DNA of 64,000 nt from Elusimicrobiota bacterium (GCA_016788905.1 JAEURZ010000001.1:118944-182943), one strand, 5' to 3'. Shown: positions 28,854-37,634, counted from the stretch's first letter. Notes: generated by a model from the letters alone, not told the origin. Translations and numbers: made by a program.

Positions 28854-29537
28854 CTAGAGGATCGGGGTTTGGGCGCGGTGGCGGAGAGTTTTTAAGGCGG
28901 TCGCGGGGTTGGGAGCGGCAAAAATCGCGTTTCCGGCCACGAGAGCATCGGCTCCCGACTGGACGACGATGGGAGCGGTGTCGTTATTGATCCCCCCATC
29001 AACCTCGATCCAAGGCCGCTTTGACCTCTTCACCCCCGCAAATTTATCCTGGAGCCACCGGACTTTGGGCATCATATCCGGCATAAACGATTGACCGCCG
29101 AAGCCCGGTTCGACGGTCATAACCAAGACCAAATCCAATTCGTTCAATAAAGGAGCAATCTTTTGGATGGGCGTTCGAGGGCGCACCGAGATCCCCGCCC
29201 GACACCCGTGGTCCTTGATGAGACGCAGCACGTCCAACGGACGCCGACAGGCTTCCCAATGGATCGTGATGTTCCAAGCACCGGCCTTGGCAAACTCCGG
29301 GATGTATTTTTCCGGATGTTCAATCATGAGATGGACGTCCAGGGGAAGAGCGGTGCATTTCTTTAACCAGTGAACCACCACCGGACCGATGGTCAGGTTC
29401 GGAACAAAATGCCCATCCATCACGTCCACATGAACCCAATCCGCCCCCGCCTTTTCCACTCGACGAATTTCCTCGCCCAACCGCGCGAAATCAGCGGACA
29501 GGATGGATGGCGCGATCACCAGAGGGTGGGGGGTCAT
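28854..29537 (-). CDS. rpe: ribulose-phosphate 3-epimerase
   Basis: PSILSADFARLGEEI...HVDVMDGHFVPNLTIGP and a C-terminal GADALVAGNAIF motif. Confidence 0.9.
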   Translation of the reverse strand: MTPHPLVIAPSILSADFARLGEEIRRVEKAGADWVHVDVMDGHFVPNLTIGPVVVHWLKKCTALPLDVHLMIEHPEKYIPEFAKAGAWNITIHWEACRRPLDVLRLIKDHGCRAGISVRPRTPIQKIAPLLNELDLVLVMTVEPGFGGQSFMPDMMPKVRWLQDKFAGVKRSKRPWIEVDGGINNDTAPIVVQSGADALVAGNAIFAAPNPATALKTLRHRAQTPIL

Positions 29538-30577
29538 TGGATTTCGCGCTCCTCCACCAAAACACCGTTGATGAAAATGTGGGCCCGGGCGGCCCCCTGG
29601 GGAGATACGGGAACGTCCACGAGGGTGCCAGACCCCTGAACCGAAGAAAAAACTTCCCTCTCCCCCAGATCGTCCCGTAACAGAACTCGCACTCGAACCG
29701 ATCCGGAACCCGAGGGCAATTGATATCGAACCGATCGAGCCGTCCCGTCTAAGGTTCCCGAAGAAAACGCCACCACAAAAGAAATCGCCGTTTTTTCGGT
29801 CACCGCCGTGTCCGGCGCAGGGAATTGGCGGATCACCACACCCGGGAGGAAAACAGTGGTCATTTCTTCTTTAATTTCAGGAGCAATTTTTCGTTCCTCC
29901 GCCCACTGGCGGGCCTGGGTGATGGATTGATTGACGAAGTCCGGCATGAGCGACATCCCCTCAGGCGGAAGCCCCTTGGACAACTTGAGGTCCACCATGG
30001 CGTTGGGTGGAACAACAGCGCTGGCCAAAGGAGTCTGTTCCATCACCGTGCCGGCCGGATGTTGGCCGGAATAGATTTGAGACACCGCTCCCAATGACAA
30101 GCCGCCCGAACGCAATCGGTTCTGGGCCTCCGTCAACGTCACTCCGATCACGTCGGGAACAAAGACCACTTGCCCCCCCGACGAGAGGGTGACACGAATA
30201 ATTTTTCCTTCTCGCACACGAAGTTCCGCCGGTGGGGCCTGCCGAACAATAGCCCCAGGCGGAGAATTTTCATCGAATTGAACCGCCTCTTTGGACAAGG
30301 CCAATTGGAGAGGGGAAAGAATATCCAACGCCTGTTCCAACGTTTTCCCCGTCAGGTCAGGCACCACCACCACCTTCCTGGAATGCAAAAGCCCGGTCAC
30401 GGCCCACTGGAGCCCCAGAGCCGTGGCCAAAAGTGCCGCCACAAAAAGAGCCGCAAAACCCGTCCATCGGCGCCCACCCCCGCGGGGACCTACCCGTGCC
30501 GTGAGAGCGGCGACGCGAGACGAACCGGCGTTGGCTTTAGACGTTTTATCGGGAATCGGAGAATCGTTCGATGCCAT
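29534..30577 (-). CDS. membrane-anchored PASTA-domain protein without a kinase domain (three PASTA repeats plus a C-terminal beta-rich domain)
   Basis: Short cytoplasmic N-terminus, one TM helix, then three PASTA-like repeats (VVVPDLTGKTLEQA.., VFVPDVIGVTLTEAQ.., LMPDFVNQSITQARQ..). No STK catalytic motifs. Confidence 0.75.
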   Translation of the reverse strand: MASNDSPIPDKTSKANAGSSRVAALTARVGPRGGGRRWTGFAALFVAALLATALGLQWAVTGLLHSRKVVVVPDLTGKTLEQALDILSPLQLALSKEAVQFDENSPPGAIVRQAPPAELRVREGKIIRVTLSSGGQVVFVPDVIGVTLTEAQNRLRSGGLSLGAVSQIYSGQHPAGTVMEQTPLASAVVPPNAMVDLKLSKGLPPEGMSLMPDFVNQSITQARQWAEERKIAPEIKEEMTTVFLPGVVIRQFPAPDTAVTEKTAISFVVAFSSGTLDGTARSVRYQLPSGSGSVRVRVLLRDDLGEREVFSSVQGSGTLVDVPVSPQGAARAHIFINGVLVEEREIQ

Positions 30578-30624
30578 GGAGATATCCTCTTAGAGAATCG
30601 AGTTGGGCAGGAACAACGTCGCCC

Positions 30625-31701
30625 TTATTTCCGTCCGCGTCCTAAGGGGCCCGCTTCCCCCAACTGGCCGCACCCCGCGGCGATGTCAGTGCCTTGAGGT
30701 TTCCGCAACCGAACGAAAAGGCCTCGGCCCGTCAACACCCGAGCAAATTCATGCATGGACAGATCCGTGGGAGCCTCGTAAGGAACCCCCGCCACCGGGT
30801 TGTACGCAATTAAGTTGATCCAGGCTTTTTTGGCCCGAAGAAGATTGGCCAACCGTTGAGCTTCGCGCGTGGAATCGTTGACCCCTTTAATCAGTATATA
30901 TTCAAACGTGACTCGTCCGCGACCTGTTGATCGTTGGTAGTCCCACGCCGCCTTTAAAAGGTCCTTGATGGGCCACGCGGAGGACTTGGGCAATAGTTTT
31001 TTTCGGGTCTCGTCGTCGGCGGCATGGAGACTGATGGCCAGATTCACTTTCGGAGCCAACGTGGCCAGCATCGGAATTTGTGGTACCAATCCCGTGGTGG
31101 AAACCGTCACATGCCGCGCCCCAAAGTTGAGGCCCAACGGGGATCGAAGAATCTGGAGGGCCTGCACGAGGTTCGTGAAATTGGCGAGGGGTTCCCCCAT
31201 GCCCATAAAGAGAAGGCTCGAAATTTTATGCCCAAAGGCTTCTTCCGCCCACAACACTTGCTCCACGATTTCTGAGGCCGCTAAATTTCTTTCGAGAGGA
31301 ACCCGCCCGGAAGCGCAAAAGACACACCCCCAGGCGCAACCGATTTGGCTGGAAAGGCAGAGCGCCGACCGCGCCCCTTCCCCCCCTTTGGCGGGGAGAT
31401 AGACAGACGAAAAACGCTCCACGTCGGCCGTTTCAAAAAAAAGACGCGCGGTTCCATCCTCAGCGGACACATCCCGTCGTTTCAACACCAGAGACCGCAA
31501 ACGAAACTCCGTGTCCCATTTTTCCCGGAGCGCCTGAGGAAGATCACTCATTTCCTCAAAGGTCTTCGCCCGGCGCTCAAAAACCCAGGTATGGACCTGC
31601 CGAACACGGTAGGCTTCCTTCGGTTCCAGGCCCAAGGCCTTGAACCAGTCGTTGAAAGGGATATCGAGAAGTGACCGCCTCGGGGCGGCGGGAGACGTCA
31701 C
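30625..31701 (-). CDS. rlmN: 23S rRNA (A2503-C2)/tRNA methyltransferase, radical SAM RlmN/Cfr family
   Basis: Radical SAM CAWGCVFCASG cluster motif and the overall RlmN architecture. Confidence 0.85.
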   Translation of the reverse strand: MTSPAAPRRSLLDIPFNDWFKALGLEPKEAYRVRQVHTWVFERRAKTFEEMSDLPQALREKWDTEFRLRSLVLKRRDVSAEDGTARLFFETADVERFSSVYLPAKGGEGARSALCLSSQIGCAWGCVFCASGRVPLERNLAASEIVEQVLWAEEAFGHKISSLLFMGMGEPLANFTNLVQALQILRSPLGLNFGARHVTVSTTGLVPQIPMLATLAPKVNLAISLHAADDETRKKLLPKSSAWPIKDLLKAAWDYQRSTGRGRVTFEYILIKGVNDSTREAQRLANLLRAKKAWINLIAYNPVAGVPYEAPTDLSMHEFARVLTGRGLFVRLRKPQGTDIAAGCGQLGEAGPLGRGRK

Positions 31702-31713
31702 AGGAGTTTCAAT

Positions 31714-32610
31714 TTAGAAGGCGCCCGTCGACTGACGGAGGCGGGCGATTCGAACGTCCAGCGGCGGGTGAGTGGCCATCAGAGCCATGAGACCTCCGCG
31801 TTTCCCTGAAATTTTGAAGGCCGCCAAAGAAGGGGCGCGTTTGTCTTCAAGGCCCACCCCACGGCGGAGCCCTTCCAACGCGGCGATCATTTTTTCCCGC
31901 CCCGTCAACCGAGCGCCGCTGGCGTCCGCACGAAACTCCCGGTAACGGGAAAAAGCCGCCACCACCATCATCCCCAAGAAACTGAGCAAGATTTCCAAAA
32001 CGATGGTCACGGTGAATTGGACCATCCGGCGACTCCCTTCTTTCACGTTTTGACTGATGGCGAACGCGATGATGCGGGCGAGAAACATGACGAAAGCGTT
32101 CACCACACCTTGCAGGAGAGTCATGGTCACCATGTCGCCGTTGGCGATGTGACTGACCTCGTGGCCCAAAACACCTTCCACCTGGTTCCGGTCCATCCGT
32201 TCCAAAAGTCCTGAGGAAACGGCCACCAAAGACCGACGCTTGGTGGGCCCGGTGGCAAAAGCGTTAAGTTCGGGACTTTCGTAAATCCCCACTTCAGGCA
32301 TCCCGGGAAGATTGGCGTGCCGAGACAATTGGTGCACCGTTTGGACCAACCACGCCGCGTCTCCCGAAGCCGTGACGGGGTCAATGACTTTCACCTTGAG
32401 AAACATCTTCGCCAAAATGCGGGAAAGACCCAAGGAAATAAAAGCCCCACCCATTCCCCACACCAAACAAAAGATAGCCAAAGATGTCATGTCCAACCCC
32501 TGGGCCGTGATGTAGGGGCGAACACCTAGGACGTTAAGAACAATTGAAATTGTAACGACAACCAAAAGGTTGACCGCCATAAAAAGCATGAAACGTTTCA
32601 TCATCGCCAT
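31714..32610 (-). CDS. htpX: M48-family zinc metalloprotease HtpX
   Basis: HEVSHIANGD zinc motif. N-terminal TM helices. 298 aa. Confidence 0.85.
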   Translation of the reverse strand: MAMMKRFMLFMAVNLLVVVTISIVLNVLGVRPYITAQGLDMTSLAIFCLVWGMGGAFISLGLSRILAKMFLKVKVIDPVTASGDAAWLVQTVHQLSRHANLPGMPEVGIYESPELNAFATGPTKRRSLVAVSSGLLERMDRNQVEGVLGHEVSHIANGDMVTMTLLQGVVNAFVMFLARIIAFAISQNVKEGSRRMVQFTVTIVLEILLSFLGMMVVAAFSRYREFRADASGARLTGREKMIAALEGLRRGVGLEDKRAPSLAAFKISGKRGGLMALMATHPPLDVRIARLRQSTGAF

Positions 32611-32625
32611 TGTGAACTCCTTTGA

Positions 32626-33555
32626 TTATTCTTCAAATCGGTCGCCCACCGCCAGGCGAGCGCCGTTCCAAAAATCAGATGCGTCCATTTCTTTTTTCCC
32701 TTCAGGCTGAACCCGTAACACCCAAAGACTATCGGGGGAACATTTTACCAAAAATCCTCGCCCTTTCTCGACGGCGGTGATCTCCCCGGGTCGACCCGAT
32801 TGTTGAATTTCTGCTTCGGCCCGGCGAATCTTCACCCGTTGGCCTTTCAAAATCCCGAAAGCACCGGGCCACTCGTAGGTTCCGCGAATCAAATTGACGA
32901 TATCAAGAGCGGAACGCTGTCCCCAACGAATTCGACCGTCTTCTTTCGTCAATTGGGGAGCCATTAGGACTTCCCCGGATTGGGGAACAGGGGAACAATC
33001 CCCTTGCTCCAATTTACGCAGGAACTCCTCCATAAGTTCAATCCCCTGCCCCACCAGTTTCTCCCGCAACGTCACGGCATTATCTTTGGCCTCAATGGGC
33101 ATGCGCCCCTGAAGAAAGACAGGCCCCGTGTCCAAACCCTTTTCAATTTGAAAAAGGGAAACACCGGTCTCCGATTCCCCCCGAATCAGGGCCCATTGCA
33201 TGGGGCCAGCTCCCCGGTAGCGGGGCACGAGGGAAAAATGAACGTTCACAAGACCGCGGCGAGGCTCGTTAAAAACGCTAGGCGGAATCAGATGGCCATA
33301 CGCGACAACAATCCCCACATCGGGCGTTTTCCCAAAACTTCCCGCTAGAGAAAAACCCGCCAACTTTTCCGGTTGCTGAACAGGCAAGCCCAGCGCCTCT
33401 GCCGCCCGTTTCACTTCCGTGGGTGCCAGAGCATACCCGCGCCCCGCGGGACGATCTGGGGAGGTCACGACCCCCATCACATGGGAATTTTTCGCTAACC
33501 GTTCCAAAAACGGAACGGCCACATCAGGAGTTCCAAAGAATACGGTGGAGAGCAC
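32626..33555 (-). CDS. fmt: methionyl-tRNA formyltransferase
   Basis: N-terminal formyltransferase fold (LSTVFFGTPD, HFSLVPRYRGAGP) and a C-terminal Fmt domain. Confidence 0.9.
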   Translation of the reverse strand: MLSTVFFGTPDVAVPFLERLAKNSHVMGVVTSPDRPAGRGYALAPTEVKRAAEALGLPVQQPEKLAGFSLAGSFGKTPDVGIVVAYGHLIPPSVFNEPRRGLVNVHFSLVPRYRGAGPMQWALIRGESETGVSLFQIEKGLDTGPVFLQGRMPIEAKDNAVTLREKLVGQGIELMEEFLRKLEQGDCSPVPQSGEVLMAPQLTKEDGRIRWGQRSALDIVNLIRGTYEWPGAFGILKGQRVKIRRAEAEIQQSGRPGEITAVEKGRGFLVKCSPDSLWVLRVQPEGKKEMDASDFWNGARLAVGDRFEE

Positions 33556-33561
33556 GGGGAT

Positions 33562-34098
33562 CTACCAGAGACCGGATTTTTTTCGTGTGCGAATTTCCCA
33601 AAGCGTTTTAACCCGTTGGGCCAGGGACAAATGGTCGATCATTACCACCCCATCCAGATGATCCATTTCGTGTTGAAGGCATCGGGACAAAAGTCCCTCC
33701 GCTTCAATGGTGATGGGCAACCCCTTCTCATTGATGGCTGAAACTTTGACCCAAGCCGCCCGAGGAACCGTCACCTGGATCCCCGGAAAAGAAAGGCACC
33801 CTTCTTCCGACCGAATGCGCCCTTTCCAGACCTCTATCTTTGGGTTGATGAGAGCCAGGGGTTGGCTTTTCCCATCCGGAGCAACGTCCACGACCATGAG
33901 ACGAACAGAGACGCCCACCTGGGGCGCCGCCAATCCAATACCGGGCTCGGCATACATGGTGTTAAACATGACGGGAATTAATCGAAGTACCGCGTCATCA
34001 ATCGTTCCCACAGGTTTAGCCTTTTTGACCAAGACCGGGTTCCCGTATTTCACGATCGGCAGCAACGAGGGAAGATTTTTGGGAATGGCGTGATCCAT
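33562..34098 (-). CDS. def: peptide deformylase
   Basis: The three PDF motifs: GIGLAAPQVG, EGCLSFPG and QHEMDHLDG. Confidence 0.9.
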   Translation of the reverse strand: MDHAIPKNLPSLLPIVKYGNPVLVKKAKPVGTIDDAVLRLIPVMFNTMYAEPGIGLAAPQVGVSVRLMVVDVAPDGKSQPLALINPKIEVWKGRIRSEEGCLSFPGIQVTVPRAAWVKVSAINEKGLPITIEAEGLLSRCLQHEMDHLDGVVMIDHLSLAQRVKTLWEIRTRKKSGLW

Positions 34099-34264
34099 AG
34101 TTTGGACATTATACTAAGTCATCGACGGAATTGACAATATATGACTATTTTAGTAAAGTATAGAAAATTCGGAGTGGAATGGACCGTCCCCAAGAGGGTG
34201 TCCGCAGAGGTCCCCTCCACGAAAAGAGACCCACGGGTCTCACCCTAAGAACAGGAGGATTCCC

Positions 34265-34588
34265 ATGATCACACTGACGGAAACCGCGGCAAAGAAAGTG
34301 AAAGATATTTTTACCGGGGACCCTTCTCTGGCCGGAAAATCCCTCCGGGTGGTGGTGGAGAAGGGGGGGTGCTCCAGTTACCAATACGGGTTTACCTTTG
34401 ACGATAAAAAAGAGGGGGACACGGAATTGGATCAAGCGGGAGTGAAACTTCTCGTGGATCCGCAGACCGCCGGACTGCTCACAGGGTCGGTGGTTGATTA
34501 CAAAGAAGATTTTTCGGGCGGCGGATTCGCCATCTCTAACCCCAACGCGAAATCTTCCTGTGGTTGTGGCAAATCCTTCAACGCCTAA
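34265..34588 (+). CDS. Fe-S cluster insertion/carrier protein, HesB/IscA/ErpA family
   Basis: 107 aa with the ..GGCSG.QY.. and C-terminal CGCGKSF cysteine motifs. Confidence 0.85.
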   Translation: MITLTETAAKKVKDIFTGDPSLAGKSLRVVVEKGGCSSYQYGFTFDDKKEGDTELDQAGVKLLVDPQTAGLLTGSVVDYKEDFSGGGFAISNPNAKSSCGCGKSFNA

Positions 34589-34922
34589 AAAAAATCTTTT
34601 CGAAATCACCGATCGGGCCGCGGCCCGCGCCCAGGTATTGCTCGCCGCCCGGAAACCCCAGGACCGCGCCCTCCGCGTTAAGGTCACGCCGGGCGGGTGT
34701 TCTGGATTCAGCTACAACCTGGACCCCTGGTCCGGACCGGCCCCAGCGGAAGACCATCGGGTGGATCTAGAAAATCTTACGGTTTACGTGGATAAAAAAA
34801 GTCTGCTCTTCCTGGCCGGCACAACCCTGGATTACGAGGACACCGTCTTTTCCCGCCGCTTCATTTTCAAAAACCCCAACGCGTCCACGTCCTGTTCGTG
34901 CGGAGAATCTTTCGCAGTATAA
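34587..34922 (+). CDS. second HesB/IscA-like protein (tandem paralog); start codon unclear
   Basis: HesB motifs (PGGCSGFSY ... C-terminal CSCGESF). The only in-frame ATG (34494) lies 95 nt inside the upstream gene. The homologous region begins around 34590 (KKNLFEITDRAAAR) with no canonical start codon. Confidence 0.6.
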   Translation, partial: KKNLFEITDRAAARAQVLLAARKPQDRALRVKVTPGGCSGFSYNLDPWSGPAPAEDHRVDLENLTVYVDKKSLLFLAGTTLDYEDTVFSRRFIFKNPNASTSCSCGESFAV

Positions 34923-34971
34923 CCCAGGAAATAGCCTCACTTCCAAATATTTCCACCTGCTCAATAAATAG

Positions 34972-35000
34972 TTGAATTAATAACCCTTAACGGGTATAAT
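34972..35000 (+). promoter_or_regulatory. sigma-70 promoter TTGAAT-N17-TATAAT for the hipB operon
   Basis: TTGAAT at 34972-34977, 17-nt spacer, TATAAT at 34995-35000, within an AT-rich 140-bp islet. Confidence 0.5.
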
Positions 35001-35050
35001 TAATAAGGTAATAAACCAAATAACTATTTTTTATTACGACAGATTATTTT

Positions 35051-35068
35051 TATACCCGGAAGGGGATA
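35051..35068 (+). promoter_or_regulatory. HipB-operator-like inverted repeat TATAC-N8-GGATA overlapping the hipB RBS
   Basis: One mismatch to the E. coli hipBA operator consensus TATCC-N8-GGATA. It overlaps the SD of hipB (ATG at 35070). Confidence 0.4.
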
Positions 35069-35069
35069 A

Positions 35070-35282
35070 ATGAAAAACAATATCTCAGAATTTGTGAAGA
35101 AAGAACGCAAGGAGTCGCGCCTGACTCAAATCGACCTGGCGAAAAAAGCTGGCGTGGGGCTACGGTTCCTTCGAGATTTGGAGCAGGGCAAACCCTCCCT
35201 TCGTATGGATACCACCAATAAAGTCCTCGTTCTTTTCGGAAAATGTCTCGGACCAACGGATCTCACGCGCCACGAGAATTGA
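35070..35282 (+). CDS. hipB: HipB-like XRE-family HTH transcriptional regulator / antitoxin component
   Basis: 70 aa with a Cro/C1-type HTH (SRLTQIDLAKKAGVGLRFLRDLEQGK). Immediately upstream of the HipA-derived genes. Confidence 0.8.
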   Translation: MKNNISEFVKKERKESRLTQIDLAKKAGVGLRFLRDLEQGKPSLRMDTTNKVLVLFGKCLGPTDLTRHEN

Positions 35283-35283
35283 C

Positions 35284-35625
35284 GTGATAGACAACGAACA
35301 GCGGGCCGCCGTTTTCGCATTTAACCAAAGGGCCGGTACCCTATCAAAAACGGCCCAGGGTTTTATTTTTGTTTACGAACCAACCTATTTAAAATCCCCG
35401 GAGGCTCACCCCATAAGTTTTTCACTCCCTCTTCGAGAAAAAGCGTATGAATGCCCCCGCCTTTTCTCTTTCTTTGACGGCCTTCTTCCTGAGGGCTGGC
35501 TCTTGGACCTCACGGCCAAAGCGGCCAAAATTGACAAAACCGACAAATTCAGGCTTCTATTGCACACGGGACGGGATCCTGTGGGTGCCGTAAGTGTGCG
35601 CCCGATAACTTACAATGAAAAATAA
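35284..35625 (+). CDS. hipS: HipS-like protein (stand-alone HipA N-terminal subdomain)
   Basis: 113 aa matching the HipA N-terminal (couple_hipA) domain (FFDGLLPEG...GRDPVGAVSV). GTG start 2 nt after the hipB stop. Confidence 0.75.
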   Translation: MIDNEQRAAVFAFNQRAGTLSKTAQGFIFVYEPTYLKSPEAHPISFSLPLREKAYECPRLFSFFDGLLPEGWLLDLTAKAAKIDKTDKFRLLLHTGRDPVGAVSVRPITYNEK

Positions 35626-36547
35626 TTGTCTGTCTTGCCTAAAACCGTCGGATAATAAAACGTACCACCCGAAATGCCTAAAGTCTCTTTTTGGGAAATC
35701 ACGCGTTCCCCTGATCCCCTTCGGCACCGCGGAGGTTCCGGGACAAGCCCTTAAAACGAACATGCGCATGTCCATATCGGGAATTCAAATGAAACTGTCC
35801 GTAAGGATTGATCCGGAAACCTGGAGAGTTGAAACCGTTTCAGAGGGAGGGACTCACATTTTGAAACCCGAACCCGGAACTTTCGCCGAACTCCCCCACA
35901 ATGAAAACCTCTGCATGAATATGGCGTCCACGTTGGGCTTAAATGTTCCACCGCACGGATTATTTGCAATGGCGGACGGGACCTTCTGCTACATCGTGAA
36001 AAGGTTCGATCGTCTGGAAAACGGAAAGAAGTTACCGAAAGAAACATTTTTTCAAATTTCCGGCCAAGAAAACAAATACGCTGGATCCTTGGAGAGCTTG
36101 GGGAAAATCATCCGCCTTCATGCCACCCGAACAGGTCTCGACGCCCTAGATTTTTTTGAGCGCGTTCTCTTCTGTTATTTAATTGGCAACGGCGACATGC
36201 ACCAAAAGAATTGGGCCCTCTTAACAGACCCCCAGAGGGTGATCAAACTGGCCCCTTGCTACGACTTTGTGTCGTCCAAAGTGTATCTCCCGGACGAATC
36301 AGACTCCGCTTTGACAGTCAACGGCAAACACCACGGACTCACACGGAAAGATTTTGAAGTCCTGGCGACATCACTCCGCATCGATCCGAAGGCCTCTCAG
36401 TTTACTTTTAAAAAATTCAGCTCGACGCTTGAAAGGCTCATCACATTCGCCCAGACATCAACGCTCTCCCCCGTCCTTCGCGAAAAACTTATCGGGCTTA
36501 TACAGGAACGCCACCGGCGACTGTTTACGACTTTGAAGGAAGGGTAG
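35615..36547 (+). CDS. hipT: HipT-like Ser/Thr kinase toxin (HipA core kinase domain lacking the N-subdomain)
   Basis: 310 aa with the HipA_C signatures SISGIQMKLSV (Gly-rich loop region) and catalytic GNGDMHQKNWALL. The ATG overlaps the hipS stop (ATGAAAAATAA). Confidence 0.8.
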   Translation: MKNNCLSCLKPSDNKTYHPKCLKSLFGKSRVPLIPFGTAEVPGQALKTNMRMSISGIQMKLSVRIDPETWRVETVSEGGTHILKPEPGTFAELPHNENLCMNMASTLGLNVPPHGLFAMADGTFCYIVKRFDRLENGKKLPKETFFQISGQENKYAGSLESLGKIIRLHATRTGLDALDFFERVLFCYLIGNGDMHQKNWALLTDPQRVIKLAPCYDFVSSKVYLPDESDSALTVNGKHHGLTRKDFEVLATSLRIDPKASQFTFKKFSSTLERLITFAQTSTLSPVLREKLIGLIQERHRRLFTTLKEG

Positions 36548-37628
36548 GGGTGTCTGGGGAAGGACCAATGGACGGCGCGGTGTTGGCGATGGTTGAAAGT
36601 TTGTCTTGAAACCGTTCCAACCGGCGACCAGCGTCGTCGTATTTTGTCTTAGCGTTGGACAGATGGCGCCCCACCAAATCAAAATCTTCGGCAAATCGTG
36701 CCAAATTCTCTCTTAATCGCCCGAGATCTTCCATGATCCGCCGGGCGTTTTCCTCAATTTGGAAACCCCGCAACCCCAGCGCGATCACCTGAAGATATGC
36801 GTAGATACTCCCCGGAGAAACAGGGACAACCCGACGGCGGAGAGCGTATTCCATCAAGGCCCCCTCTTCTCCCTCGTCTTTCACGATGCATTCGTAATAC
36901 ACGTTCTCGGCCGGAATATAGAGAAGCGCAAAATCAAAGGTGCCTTCGTCCGGAAGAATATATTTTGACGCCACCGCGTCCACGTGCCTGCGCAAATCCG
37001 CCCCGAACTTTTTGCGGAGCACCCGCCGTTCTTCATCGGTGGTGGCGTCCAGCATTTTCCGAAAGTTTTCCAGGGGAAACTTTGCGTCGACAGGGACCAA
37101 CCGTCCCCCCAACCGGATCACCGCATCAACTGTTTCGCGTGTTTTAAACGTGTGTTGCAGTTCCACGTTCTGGGCCGGAAGGATTTGCCGCAGCAGATCC
37201 GCAAGAAGGAATTCCCCCAAGCCTCCGCGAAGTTTCGGCGCCTTCAAAATATCCTGAAGACTGGAAATGTCCTTGCCGATCTCAAAGATTCGATCCGACG
37301 CTTGGCCCAGAACCCCCAAGCTTTTTTGAACTTCCCCCACCACTCGGGTGGCACTGTCCAGGCGATCCCCCACAGATTTCTGGCTTTCTTGAACCCGTTG
37401 TCCAACGGTTTCCAACTGGCGATTGACTTCAGCGCCTAAACGCATGAGGCGATCTGTCACAAGATCGGTTTGGGTTTGGGCGGATTCCGCCGACTGGCGG
37501 CGAAGGGCGTCCATTTGCTGTTGAAGAAGAAGGAGAGAGCCCCCAGTGGACTTGGCCCTCCAGACAACCAGCAGGGCGCCCAGAACCCCAAGGATCAGAC
37601 CGATCAAAACAAGGAGGGTCGTATTCAC
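36525..37628 (-). CDS. rmuC: DNA recombination protein RmuC
   Basis: N-terminal TM helix, a long coiled-coil and a RmuC C-terminal domain. Convergent with hipT and overlapping it by 23 nt. Confidence 0.8.
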   Translation of the reverse strand: MNTTLLVLIGLILGVLGALLVVWRAKSTGGSLLLLQQQMDALRRQSAESAQTQTDLVTDRLMRLGAEVNRQLETVGQRVQESQKSVGDRLDSATRVVGEVQKSLGVLGQASDRIFEIGKDISSLQDILKAPKLRGGLGEFLLADLLRQILPAQNVELQHTFKTRETVDAVIRLGGRLVPVDAKFPLENFRKMLDATTDEERRVLRKKFGADLRRHVDAVASKYILPDEGTFDFALLYIPAENVYYECIVKDEGEEGALMEYALRRRVVPVSPGSIYAYLQVIALGLRGFQIEENARRIMEDLGRLRENLARFAEDFDLVGRHLSNAKTKYDDAGRRLERFQDKLSTIANTAPSIGPSPDTPTLPSKS

Positions 37629-37634
37629 AACAGG

